DNA from: Podarcis erhardii
Lineage: Eukaryota
Assembly (NCBI GenBank): GCA_964252035.1
Contig: OZ176207.1
Direction: 5' to 3' (one strand)
Length of the DNA stretch: 64,000 nucleotides
This document shows, piece by piece, positions 36,011 to 48,891 of this stretch; the stretch's first letter is position 1; each line of letters begins with the position of its first letter. Under the pieces are notes generated by a model. The model did not search any database and had not been told where the DNA came from. It saw only the letters and a list, made by a program, of their open reading frames with translations. The position numbers and the translations under genes were made by a program.

Positions 36011-38836
36011 TTTTGTTTTGGAGGAGAAGTCACTCCACTCCCACAATTACTGTTATATAGAACTTTTAGATGCAGGGGTTGAATCTATTGTTTACTCTTA
36101 ATTGCACACTGCTTTGATATCTCCTGGCTGTGACACAATTTATTAATCTATGAAACCAATAACAACAAGTATAACCTTTCTAGCGCAAGTACAGTAAGCC
36201 CATAGTTTATGTGCATTCAGTTTTACACGTGTGGCCAAAAAGAAAGTGAGGGGAAGCAGGGTTCCAGGAAAAATGACTTTTGCAATCCCATCCGCCATTG
36301 AAACCAATGTGTTTTGACTACACATGGTTTTGGCTTTAGGCATAATCCTCCGAACGTAACCCCTTTGTAACTCCTGCAAGGGCAGGAGTCATGTCTGAAA
36401 CTGTTGTGATAACTGGCTTAACCCTTGCTTCTTCATGTGCTTAGTTGGTGCCTTCTGCCAACTAAGCTGTTATTGGACACCCCTTCTAATGCATGAGTAA
36501 AGAAGCCACTCATGTGGTCACACAGCTCAATTGTATACTGCAAGTATACACTGAAACTGACAGGAAGCATGAATCCTGTAGACTAGACCAAATGGATTTT
36601 TGAACATTTTGGTTTGAAATGCATTTAAGCAGTGTCCGTAGTGGGAAAGACCTAAACTAAACTAAACTAAACTAAATCCCAACACAGAACCCCAAGCTAG
36701 CTGCTCAATGTCTCTAAATTGCCAAGACCTTTGCAGAAAGGAAAATATGTTTTTGGTATTCCCCTGCCCAAAATTTAATGGCTTTTACCCATGAACTCAG
36801 ACTGAGAGTATGATAAATTGCACTATAGCTGAATATATCTATATATTAAGGTAAGTATGTGTTGTTGTTTTTAAAAAGCATATGCTAATGTACTTCAGCA
36901 GTCAGTACAACTCATAGCTATCAGGATAAACGAGGCTTAGCATCACCCATCACCTCACTCTCCAGGCAGTCTAATTCACAACAATAAAAACATGGAAATT
37001 CAGCTCAATTCCCAAGTCCCTTAAGTTGTTCATGGAACTTGAAGGCCCAGGAATCCAAAACTAGAACTTATTAATATGCTTTCAAGTATTTAAGTTCTAG
37101 AAGAAAATGGTGTTTATGATCCATAAGATAAAGGTTGTCAAAGTCATGTCTTAATTTGTAATCAGAAGGAAAATTGGCATGGCTTTTGTCAGAAAAAATT
37201 ACGGTATAGCCGCCCCAAAAATTTCATAATTTTAATTTCTATCCCATCCTATCCCTAGGGCTTGGAGCAGGTATATCATGAAATCAATAACATAAAAAAT
37301 ATGCCAGAACTTCATAAAATTAAAGTTGTAATCTTCAACTCAAAGCCCACCCCAATTAACCCTGTAGGACTTCTAAAAAAAGAGGGTTGTGTCTGGGTAA
37401 ATCACAAAGAGGAATTTCTGTAAGCGTACAGTCAATGAGAATGAGCTTGCTGGCCTAATGTGGTATCTAGACAAAATATTTTGGAGGGGTTTTTTTTGAC
37501 AGATTGAGGCAATTACAGTGAAACATCTGAGAGGAAGCCATTTGAGGCTGAAGCAGTTTTAAGACCTTATAAAAGTTGAAACCATCTCCAGTTGAAGGTA
37601 CTGTAGAAGACACTGGGAAGCTTAACTGAGATAGTGCAGCCCTGATATAGTAGGCACCCACTGACTAATTCCTCCCTCCGCAACGGTCATTTTTTACTTC
37701 AAGTCTTATGGCATATTGAAATTTCTGAGTAGCTACACAAAGGTTTAAATCAGAACTAAATGGAAGGGCCACAGCTTTTGTGCTAGTAAAGCTAACAAAA
37801 ACACTTCACATTTCCACAAAGTTTTAGGTGAATGAATCAAGCAGTACCCAAACATGCACTTCTGAGCAACATAAAAAGACAAAAACAGCCTCTTCCCTCC
37901 AATCCCCTGGCAAAATCCCTTTATTTTCTCTTGTGTAAGTAAATAGTCTAGATGGATTTCTGGAAAAGAGGCTTGGAAAAAGGGGTAAAAGCTGGGAAAC
38001 TATATTACATAACACATTTTGGCTAATGGTTATGAAAATGATGGCTTCCAAGCTGAATTGAGTTCTTGACCTTCTAATTTTTCTAAAAAATGTGGTTTTT
38101 GTAAATTCCATGCAACACTGTCCATAGTTTTAGCTCAACTGAAAAAAAAATGAAAGCAGTATATAACAAAAAAGTTGAAATTAACACAAACAGTAAAATT
38201 TGTAAATGATACAGGTACCAACTAAGAAAAGGAATTGCACTGTTAATCTTTTGACAGTCATTATGCTTACAGGCATTTCAAGTTGGACATCCATGAATGT
38301 GCTCTAGTAGTCAGTGGCCTCAAATCATATTTAACAATAAAGCATGATCAGAAACAAACGATGGCTTAGCTCAAACGAGCAGCTTGCTTGTGCGTGCTGC
38401 TCTGTCATGCCTGCTTTGTTTGTTCCTTTCTAGAGCTGGAAAACAAACTATTGGAGCAGCTGCCTTAGTGTCATCTGCAAATCAGCGCTCATGGTTTGTT
38501 TCTCCCAATTGAATCATGAGTAGTAAGCCAGGGAAAAACCTTTGCATCCACTTGCAGTTTGTCCAGAGAGAAACAAACCACAAGCACAGATTCACACAAA
38601 ATGCTAAGCCAGTGTGCACCAGCTTGTTCAATGTAAACCATAGTTTTGGACTATGGTTTGTCAATACATGTGAACTAGGCCAAAGTATCTGTTGAACTGA
38701 CATGAATGTAGATTTGCTATATTTGCATCTCAAAGGTACACACTTTGTTTGGCATAAACAACAGATTAGTTCCAAACAAACAGCTGGACATCTGACATCT
38801 GAACAACCAGAATAACTGATTAAGAGCACTTCCAAC

Positions 38837-38860
38837 CAGTATTTGCTGGCACTGGGAGCT
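38837..38860 (-). CDS. ANKHD1: Candidate 24-nt microexon of ANKHD1 (ELPVPANT) between exons 14 and 15
   Basis: ttctctttttgccattgtag|AGCTCCCAGTGCCAGCAAATACTG|gttgga; phase 1->1, no stop. Confidence 0.5.
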
Positions 38861-41800
38861 CTACAATGGCAAAAAGAGAATTTCTCCAGATGACTCAATA
38901 CTGCACACTGAGTGAAAATGAAGAATGTCACTTCTTGGTGGCAACATTTCCAATTTTGTGTTTTCAAGACATGCTGTGCTACATAAGAGTCAGTTGCCTT
39001 CACATTGTATATTCTTCACAAAAACTTCTTAGTGGATATGATGGTTTTATCTGTGAGCTTGCCTTCTCCAAATTATTAATTAGGTGATGGTTCTCTCAAC
39101 AGGCTTTCAAATGCTGAATTTGCTGTGAAGGTGAAGTGTCCCACTCAGTAAATACATAAAAGGTATGATGCCCTACCACCTTCCTATCAGGACTAGTCAG
39201 AACTGGATGAGGCCCTTGAAGGAAGCCGACAACTTTATTGCTGGCTCCAGTATATATATGGTTCAAAGGGAATCAGTATATACAGAAGAACCTTCCCAAG
39301 ACTACCACGCTCAAAGACATCTTGCATGAGGCTGCAGATTCAGAGGACCCAATATGCTCCAAAACATCTTTCCCACCAGCTCCAGATTCTTCAATATCAC
39401 CCTCAGGACTTGAGGTGAATCAGTATCTAAGAAGCCATTTAGAATGAAGGCGTAGTGCTTGCCTGTCTGATAATACAAGGCCTCAAAATCCCTCACCTGC
39501 TAGGCAGTTCCCTGACTTGGCTGGTAAAATAGATATCTGAGCCACAAATCAATCATGGTAGAATGGGACAGAGAAGGTAGATATTCTGTTGCTGAATCAT
39601 TCAGTTGCTTGTTGAATACTTCATTGATGGTTATACAATGCATTTTCTGTGATGTCACCCACATCATCTAGTACTTCTACAACATTTTGTAAAAATAACA
39701 CAACCTCTAAAAATCTCAGTCTTTTGCATATATAATTCTACAGAACTTTCTGTATAACATGTAGAAGCAACCTTATCCCTGAGCAAAAACATGGCAAGAT
39801 CAGCCTTATTCAAAGCTACAAAATTCAGCCTTTTGGAATGCCTGTTCAGAGCAAAGTTAGTGGCTTCTTTGTGGGCTAAGCACAGCATACCGTTTGCTCA
39901 TGTGGTTTGGTGCACAGTGCAACCCAGTCCAACGTCTTCTGTTCTTAATTTCTTCACCTTGAAAATTCCATAGACAAGATCCTGTGCAGCACACTTAGTA
40001 CTCAACATTTGGCTTAAGTGTCATCCTTCAAGAACAACCTAATCACCTTGTAGAAGTCTCAAGGACATAAAGCAGCTGTTCTCTGTGCACTTTATTGCAT
40101 CCTCTGTCCTTATAAATATTCCTGTATAAGCTGGCATTGTCATAATACTATAGTGCTTTAGAGCTATATAAATTAAAGGCAAATACGTGTTTATCCTACT
40201 CCAGTGCATACTGGGGAATAGTTATAGTTTTGTCAGTCTCCTGGTTTTCAAGTACTAGATGTATCACAGATGTATGCTTAAATTTGCTGAAATTCATCGT
40301 CTTGGGGGCATTTTGCAAGAAGTAGAAAGAAATGGAAAACGTTCTGAAGCTAAGATAGGGGCTTTCCCTTTGTGCTGCCCTTCTACTGCAGTTATTCAGA
40401 ATGACAGTGGAAAACTCCTTAGCCAGCATTATATAGCACTCCCAATCATCATTCAGATGGAATACTTGACTTTCTTCATCTAGACACAATTCATTATGTC
40501 ATCATGTCATAAGGTCTGCTTTCTGAGTCTTGTTATGCCTCAGTTGTGTCCTTAAGACACTAAATAATATTTAGTTCAGCTGCCATAAAGTCAACCACTA
40601 CAGGCTGACTACCATTGTAGTCTAGATGTGCAGCTTGTAGTATTTATCCACTCGTGTCTATAGCCATAACCTATGTGCTTCTTAGGATGTGCACATCAGT
40701 GAAAGCAGCCTTTATCTTTTAGCAAAACATGAGATTTTGTCTTGAATGGTAGTGCTATTACCACCATCCTTAATGGAATTTTTTCTCAGTCTTCTGTGAA
40801 TGTTGGGTTTTAGTCTTGTTCATATATTGCACTTGTTTTGTGGCATTCTATTTTCTTAATGTAAACTACTGACCAATGTTCTATAACCATTATAAATACT
40901 GCTTATTTATAATAAACAATAAAGCTCAATGCCTGGAGTCACACTGAACTTTGAACTGTGTAATTGCTTTCCAGTCAAAAATTGTTTTCCAATCATATTG
41001 TGGTAGTCAAGCAATTACTTTAACAAATTTGAAGCAATATTCAGAAAGCATTTGCACATAGGGAGAAGTACAAAATTAAAAATGGTGCTTTTCTTAGCAT
41101 TTCCCCTCTTAAGTTAGAAGGTCAAACAGTCACAATTGAGCTTGGAGAACTAATGTTTTTTGCTTCAGTATACCCAGGTCATGCTAAAAACTGTTTCCTG
41201 TCTTTTATCTCAAAATACTCATTTACAGTAACATTTTCCAGAAATGCACCTGCCTTCCAGACCCAAAAGAACGGTTTGGTTTTAAGTTGCTCCCATTGTT
41301 TTCCACAGAATAAACAAGATGAACTCCAACATAGCTGTTTCTCACCCCAGCACTGGAATCAGAAGGGGCAGGGCAAAGATTTAGCCTCCAACCACCTCCC
41401 ACAGTGTTCAAATGCAGATATTTGATTTCTGCCATTTAAGTGAATTGTTGCAATTTATTCCTATGGGGAAAAATAAACTGGTGCACTTGGGAGGCAACAG
41501 ACAATGTGTGTGTATGTGTGAAAAAGATTTACACTGTTGTAGTTGTAGTCAAGAGATATTTGCCCAATATGCCTAACACTAGGTTGCTTAGCCTCCTCCA
41601 CCAAGCACACAATATCTGCATGCATCTCTAACAACCTAATGTGGAACCAAAAGGCTCCCCCACCCCATCCCAAATCTGTTGCCCCATTTGCAGGCAGACA
41701 AGCTGGGGGGGTCTTCAAAAGTTTTTGGGGGTTTGGGATTAACTGGTAGACATACTTGTCTCTTTTTAAATAGTGTTTTTAAACTACATCCAGGAGTGGT

Positions 41801-43229
41801 GGTGCAATGCCTCAAATACTGGTAGGAAGCTGCAATTTTGTAGACAAAATAGGGCACTGGGAGGCTGCTGAGATGAGTTCTGCTGATCCTCATCAGGTTC
41901 CACCACCACTCAGTTCAAAGCCTGACCTCCTTTGATACCTTTTGGCAAACAAGCCACTTGTTTGCTCAGCTATGGTGAGGTAAGAATTGACATCAGGAGT
42001 ATGAGCAGGGAAACAGTTCAAAAGTGTGGGGTGCAGCCCCCCCCTTTTAAGGCCACAAAGAGATGTTTAGGCAGGCAAGTAGCTTCTGTGGATGTTATTT
42101 GGAGCTTCCAAAAATGTCTATAGCATCTCATGCGTTCCAGATCACTTCTTTCTAATGCTAATGTATAACAGAATATAACATTTTGGGACAATTTGTTCGT
42201 ATTATACCATAAAATTCTAAATGCATAGCACAAGACAGTTATAATCACTGCTAAAATTCCACTGCTTCATCATAACTGAAATATGCTGATTTCTAACATG
42301 CTATATACAGTTGAGGTCAGAACCTGAATCAAACTGCTTGAGTAAAACTGGCTTATTGAATGCAGTCTCTTAAAAACGCTCTGAACTTCAAATGACCCTT
42401 TAGGTTGAATCACGAATGCCAGTGCCCATGTTGCTAAAACAGCACCATCAACGCACAAGAGGAAGCTATCAACAGGCCTTGAAGACTCCTAAGGTTCACT
42501 GAAGTACAAAAATGTAAAGCAGGGAATGACCCCTCCCAAAAAAAACACAAGTCCAATTAGGGCTATGCTTAGTTGCCATGGAAAGCCAGCTGACTGCTTG
42601 GAGGAGGATGCAGAGTAAATGAAATAAAATATCCTGAACAAAAACACTACATACTACTTTTTTTTGTAGATCTCACTTGTGCTCTTCACATGGTTTTAGA
42701 AATTGTGCTTAAGGTGGCCACTCATTTTTTACAAAACAACCAGTGTGATGCTGCAACCCAGAACACAGGCACTTATGGTTTCCTGTCAAAACCTCCTAGC
42801 AGTTTATGGCCCCCAACACATGCTGTTTGCAGTAGCCAGCATCTTTAGAAGCAAGTAGCAATTGTGAGGTAGAAGTTTTCAACAGGAGACTGGAACAGGG
42901 CTCCCATCCCAATCATGAATATGTTCCAGATTGGGGCCTCAGGGCTGTTTTTATTTCAAGCTAAGTGGCCAGCTGGAACACATGTAACATGCAGTTTGGC
43001 CTTCAGAGAAACATCGCTAGTACAGAAGTGGATTCTGCTCTACTTCATGAATCATGAGAATTTTTTTACAAAATTTGTATTTAACAAAGAGTTGAAGAGG
43101 CTTAAAGGCCTGGCAGTTAGAAGTGTTTATGCATATACATGGACAAGAGATCCATTTCCATTTTATCAGAATACATCACTTTGTTGGCTGCCCTATGGTG
43201 TGCACTTCCTCACAGAGACTAGGCCCAGT

Positions 43230-43470
43230 AAAAGGTGAAAGATTTATACGATCTGAGGTGAAACCAGAGTATGAAACAAGGGAATGAAAGATAAGATTGA
43301 AAATATTGGAAGTGTTTCTAATTGTTCTTGTTTTGTTTTGTTAATTCTATGTTTTATGTAGTGTTTCTATTTTTGTTTTTGTATTGTATTATATTGATTT
43401 GTTTAACTCTTTTTCTTTCTTTTTGTAATCTTTAAACTCTTAATAAATATTATTTTTTTAAAAAGAAGAG
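43230..43470 (+). mobile_element. 5'-truncated L1/Tx1-like retrotransposon 3' end
   Basis: 16-bp TSD agagactaggcccagt (43214-43229 and 43471-43486); T-rich UTR, AATAAA, A-rich tail; family assignment tentative. Confidence 0.7.
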
Positions 43471-45206
43471 AGAGACTAGGCCCAGTGGCCACAAAGGACA
43501 AATATTTATTTTCTATACTGCCTTTCATCCGAAGACCACAGGGAGGTTTAAAATACAAAAATGTAAAAACATATAGCATAAACAAACTAAAGCAATAAAC
43601 CCCCTCATTGAGACAAAACATTTATTAAAACAAAGCTTTTCTAGTAGTGGCTTCTAAAGAATGAAGCTTCCTCTCCACATGCAACGCTGCCTCTCTTTCA
43701 GGAGACAGTGGAAATGAGTATGGTACACTATTTTGGGAGGGGATCATGGACAAGCTGCTAGGTTATTATTTTTGTGATGAATTAGATCTATTTATTTTTT
43801 CAGGATTACCATTTTTATGGATTTTTATCCACTACCTTGGGAGCCTTTTTAAGTTCAGAGTAGGAAGCCTTGTCTGGTGTTCTGTTCTCAAACTGAAATG
43901 ACACACAGGCACTTATCAAGAGAAATTTCATTCGAGTGCTAAGGGGGCAACTTGCTTCAGTGAGAACAGTTCATTTGCTTGTCATGGAACAAGATTTATA
44001 GGCAGCTGAACCTTTCTAACACATAAAACAGCTCCAGCTGCATAAATTTGATAAATTATGCAAAATATTTTAGCCAACTAAGGGCTTCAATTAGGAATTT
44101 TCTGTCACTGAAAAGCAGTTCTCTTGGATGAAAATATAAATTTTGAAAAATGTGGCTAATGTGAATTAAAATCCCAGAAGGCAGAGGTACGGTTCAAAAA
44201 TATTTCTAGTGTTTGGAGTCAAGAATTTAGTACTCTGGCAAAGCTCCTTGTCTTTCTTCAGGACAAGAAAAATCAGAATAAATCACACAATCCACCAGGT
44301 GAAATAAAGTAAATTACTGGAGTGCTCTATGTGATACAAATCTTTTCCGTGAAAATAATTTGGATGCCTGTGTGCATAATTCATATGATAGCAGCCTATC
44401 TTAAGCTTGCCTATTATATGTGAAGCACTTTGAGCATTTAGAAAAAGCACTATATATAACTTGTTCTAAGAATGCTTTGTTTAACCTATTCTGAGGATCT
44501 CAGTGTTCCCTTAAAAAACCTTACCCAAAAATCCCAACTTGTCCAATACCTTCTCGTCTTTCTGGCCTTCTGTACAACTTAGCTCCCCTACTCTTAAACC
44601 TTCAGAGAGGAGCCATCACATTATGTGCTGCACAGCACCTAGCATATTCTTTACACTAAATAAATATGTAGATGCATCCGTTTTAATTAACAATTCTGCA
44701 TTGATTTTGCACTGCAAAATTCTGTCACTTCTGAGTACAACCGTGCTCATTTCACTTTCTACCAAGTATTATGCTTTATTTAATGGACTCTACAAACATT
44801 TGATTAATCACATTCATAGGTCTCCAGAAAGGCTATACATACAAACTTGTAAGTTCTTTGAAATCTAAATTGACTCACTCACTTAATGCAACTGTTATCA
44901 TTTAACAGCTGGGCAAACTGTCCAGAATGAGAAAGAACAAACTGTACAGCATATGAACCACCAAGCTGAATACGGTCCACTAGCCATGTATTTCACAAAC
45001 ATGGTGAAAAACAAATGGAGACTGTGGTGTGTGGGTGTGGGTGTGTGGATGTGTGAGAGAGTGAGAGCGAGCACGAGAGAGCGAGCACGAGAAAGCACAT
45101 ATGAGAGCATACGTACATCAAGCATTTGCTTGACACAAAACATGTTTGACTAGGTGAATCACAGATTTTGCTAACCCAAGACAATACATTTTCTGCAACA
45201 GGTACA

Positions 45207-45275
45207 CTGCTTGGCAGGGGGGTTGGACTCGATGGCCCTTGTGGTCTCTTCCAACTCTATGATTCTATGATTCTA
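45207..45275 (+). mobile_element. CR1 3' end with (ATTCTATG)n tail
   Basis: ggggggttggactcgatggccctt...ttccaactctatgattctatgattcta. Confidence 0.75.
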
Positions 45276-46014
45276 CACAAGGAGTTTCTTTGTACTTCAA
45301 AATTCTGCAAAATACAGAATTTCCTATTTGACCTCATTTACAGCAATAATAAAATCAGCTAAGGAAATGTGTAAATGAATACTACAGTTGGTCACTGTTT
45401 GTTGAATCTGTCACACAATTTTTTACTACTGGTGAAGATGCAATTTTACTGCCCAGTTCAGAAATCTACTAAATCTATTAGAGGCAGCTTCTTACAAGTA
45501 TAACTAAACATGGTTGAATATTTTACTAAAGTATGTTACCAAATATATTATTCAACTAGTAACTAATGAGCGATATTCAGGAAAGTTTTTCTTATAAGAG
45601 ACCTATCAAAATTAACGGACTTAACTAAGTCGTGGTCATTAATTCAACTTAGTTGAATATCATCTAAAACTTGCTTTTGTTAACAGTAACCTCCATGCAA
45701 CATGGCAGAGAGCTTTGAAACTGAAGGGAGCGTTAAAAGGAGTTTGAGATATGGTACCATGTGATGACATTAAGGTTGCCACTGGCTGTTCAAATCAAAA
45801 GTTATCACTGGAATAGCACAACTCCAGGCATGGAGCCAAAGCAGTTCTTTAGATAACTGCTAGTATGTTTTCAAAATCTTATACTAAAATGACTAAAGAG
45901 AAACAGACCTGCACCATTCACTATCAAGTCCCAAATACTTCCCATGCCCCAGACACACAATGAATTCAGAATCCTAGCACAAGTTATACAATTTAAAAAT
46001 GTTTGCATACTAAC

Positions 46015-46117
46015 CTTTTGGGAGACTCAAAAGTGCAGGGGGATTCTCTTGAGGAGCTCTGTCAGGTTCCTGGGGAGGTACAACCATGGCAAGTGTATGC
46101 ATTGGTACACGTGGAAC
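46015..46117 (-). CDS. ANKHD1: ANKHD1 exon ~14 (VPRVPMHTLAMVVPPQEPDRAPQENPPALLSLPK), 103 nt, phase 0->1
   Basis: ttttgcag|GTT acceptor, G|gttagt donor; manual translation. Confidence 0.94.
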
Positions 46118-46534
46118 CTGCAAAATCAACTCAGATTAAAAACTTTTATCAGTGGATTTTAAAGTAACCTGAACATTAATCCAAATCAAGTAGGATACTC
46201 TCCTCACACCCTGCATGTGCACAGCATTAAGTGTACTGTTCAAACAAGCTTTTGTGAGCTTTTAGTATGGAACTGGATTTTCCTCCCCTCAAATTTAAGA
46301 GTTAAGCTTTTTAAGAAATCCAACAGCATGAGAAATAGAAGAGGTAGCACACCTGAATTTTGAATCACTGTTCTTGGGAGTTTCTCTCTACTTGACTTTT
46401 ACTCAAATTGTACTATTCATATTCTATATCAAATTCATATTCTATATCTATATAAAAACTTGCACCATTTATGTCAAGCTGGTAAAAGTAAACATTCATT
46501 TTCCACTGCTATAGTTAAAAGCTTTACAGCTTAC

Positions 46535-46678
46535 CTGAGACTGATCCTGAGATGGCGGTGTGAGCTGAGACATATCTGCAGTTGGAACTGATAGAACGTT
46601 GTTTGGGTAATCCAATAAATAGGAAACAACATTTGTGTGACCACCCTTCGCAGCTTCAATGAGCATGGTCGAGCCATC
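46535..46678 (-). CDS. ANKHD1: ANKHD1 exon ~13 (DGSTMLIEAAKGGHTNVVSYLLDYPNNVLS...SQDQSQ), 144 nt; end of ankyrin cluster 1
   Basis: ttccag|GAT acceptor, CAG|gtaagc donor. Confidence 0.95.
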
Positions 46679-46851
46679 CTGGAATACACATTTTAAGAAG
46701 ACAGATTATAGTAGTTTGTGATCTGAGTACTGTACTAACTAGGTATACACAACAAAACCAACCTTATAGTTAACATACTTTGGGAGCATTAGCCAATACA
46801 ACTGACAAAAGGTATATACTGTAAAATAATAAAATGAGTTACTTGGAATAC

Positions 46852-46979
46852 CTTAAGACGATGAGTAGGGTCTGCACCATGAGCTAGGAGCAGCTCAACA
46901 ACAGCAAGATGGCCCCCAGCACATGCCAGTGACACCACTGTGTGGTCATTATTAGCTGTAGCTCGGTTAACATTGGCAC
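46852..46979 (-). CDS. ANKHD1: ANKHD1 exon ~12 (GANVNRATANNDHTVVSLACAGG...DPTHRLK), 128 nt
   Basis: atag|GT acceptor, AAG|gtattc donor. Confidence 0.95.
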
Positions 46980-47799
46980 CTATCGCAAAGAGATGTAATT
47001 AAAGGGAAATTTCAAGGAACAAAGTTAATGCAAAGACACCATTTGTTGGGAATGAGATTCCAAATCATTTAATTTTAAAATGAACAATAATTTGCAAGTG
47101 AAGAGGAAATTGCTTACATTTAGGTTTTAAAAACATTTCACATAGTAAAAGCCAGTTTGTTATTAGCTGTATGTTAATTTTGGAATATAAATTAAGTAGT
47201 TGAGTTCTAAAGGACAGTACAGCTCTGTCATAAACAGAGGAGACTCATTGAAACCAGTGCTGGCCAATTTCAATCAATTGGTTTCAATAGGCCTACTCCA
47301 AGTATGACATAGTCAGGTACCAAAATATTTAAAGGTTCACGTTCATATTTCATGTTTGCTTAAAAGAAAATGCTGGTAAACTCATTTTTCATTAAGCATT
47401 GTATACCAAATGACAGTTAACCTGAACCTGCTGCAGTTAGTCTTCAGCTACAAGAACGAGACAACCCCTGTAACACTGCCTCTGCCACAAGCGCATAACC
47501 TCAAGCAAGATACACTAAATCTCATACTCCAAGTATGTGGGCATGGGGGTTGTAATACTTTATGGAGATATGAAAAGAGGATTATTTTAAGAAGAAGAAG
47601 TATATGAAGCACTGAGCTTTCAAAAACACGGTCCACATTCATTTTCCACTGCTATATGTATCCCAAACATACATTTAGTACAAAACATTATATGTATAGC
47701 AAAAGGTAATGTTTGCTATAAAGCAACACATTCTTCCTAACAGCCAACTGTCAAGCAATCCTTCCTTCAGCTACTAATGTTACTATTACTACTACCAAC

Positions 47800-47887
47800 C
47801 TTTGCTAATAAGAAATTGTACAGTGCATAGATGACCCGCTCTTGCAGCCTTCATCAGTGGTGTTCTTCCACCTTCAGATTCATGCTC
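47800..47887 (-). CDS. ANKHD1: ANKHD1 exon ~11 (EHESEGGRTPLMKAARAGHLCTVQFLISKG), 88 nt
   Basis: aacag|GAG acceptor, G|gttggt donor. Confidence 0.95.
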
Positions 47888-48781
47888 CTGTTTAGAAATA
47901 TTATGAAGAAAGTGAAATCCATACTGTGGGGGAAAGTAAAGAGAAGAACTAATTTGCTAATATTGTAGAGCAAGATCAGCAGGCAAGCTTAAGGTAGAGC
48001 TGATGCTTTTTCAGTGAGGCAAAAGAAAGCCCCCTTCAAAATAGGTGAGAGTCACAAACAGCAACGAGAAGACTGAAGTCTTACCCAAGAGCTAAACAGA
48101 ACACTAAACTGTTTGGACCAAACACAACCTGAAGATTAGGGATAAGGAAGGGGCTTTGCCTGGCAAATGGACCAAAGGTGGTATACGACAATGCTTTTGT
48201 AAACATTTTTGATACTTTAGTACAAGCTGTGCACAAAAACTTGACCTAAAAACACCAGTCATACACTTCACCCATTGTTGTACTTGAAGCATGCAGAATA
48301 CAAACAACCTTTTCCATTTTGAACACCCTTTTACATATTTAGTTCAGTTAAATAAAAGATATAAAATCTTGTCCCATTGGCACTTCCTGATAAATCAGCA
48401 AATAGAACCAATTAAAGAAAAGAAATACAAGGAACATGCACTGCTGGAAGGAAATCAAAGATTGAAAATTGTTATTTTTTCAAAGTGATGAAAAAACTGG
48501 TGTAAACAGAACAATTACAAAATTATTTATTATTATTTATTAAATTTGCATACTACCCTCCATTCGAAGATCACAGGGCAGTTCACAACGTAAGAATCCA
48601 AGTATTAGACAAATTGTTAATCTATACTTTCACTCATGAATTATTTTGCATTCATTCCTCTGGATAACAATTTGGTCTACTCTCCCATCTAGTTTGCATA
48701 GGCACTTTTCTTCTTCATTTTCAAGGAAAATAAAAAGCTCCCATTACATTCCAAAATTTTAGAGAAATATTCAAGACTTAC

Positions 48782-48891
48782 TAAATCTGCACCAGCTTGA
48801 AGCAGAACATCTGCAACATCAGTGTGTCCATTTTCACAGGCATAGGTCAAGGCAGTGTCTCCTGTTGCAGTTGTTGCATGAACGTTAGCGC
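48782..48891 (-). CDS. ANKHD1: ANKHD1 exon ~10 (GANVHATTATGDTALTYACENGHTDVADVLLQAGADL), 110 nt
   Basis: ccacag|GC acceptor, TTA|gtaagt donor. Confidence 0.96.

Noticed and set aside
37583-37600. Possible 18-nt in-frame microexon (VPSTGD)
   Set aside because: Donor G|gtttca is very poor; such signals are expected by chance in a 12-kb intron
38482-39003. 173-aa minus-strand ORF
   Set aside because: Cys/Leu-rich random-looking composition, no splice-compatible ends, and a different frame from the microexon it spans
39958-39981. Possible 24-nt in-frame microexon (GSCLWNFQ)
   Set aside because: No real pyrimidine tract and a donor lacking +5 G
40395-40505. Minus-strand ATGATGA ... CTGA boxes suggesting a C/D snoRNA
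   Set aside because: No terminal stem, D'-C' spacing of only 1 nt, and no recognisable rRNA/snRNA guide
47980-48060. Faint resemblance (PILKG..., aagcatcag) to the human short-isoform exon DKQEDMKTILEGIDPAKHQ as I recall it
   Set aside because: Similarity is marginal, the frame is broken, and there is no GT donor at the expected place
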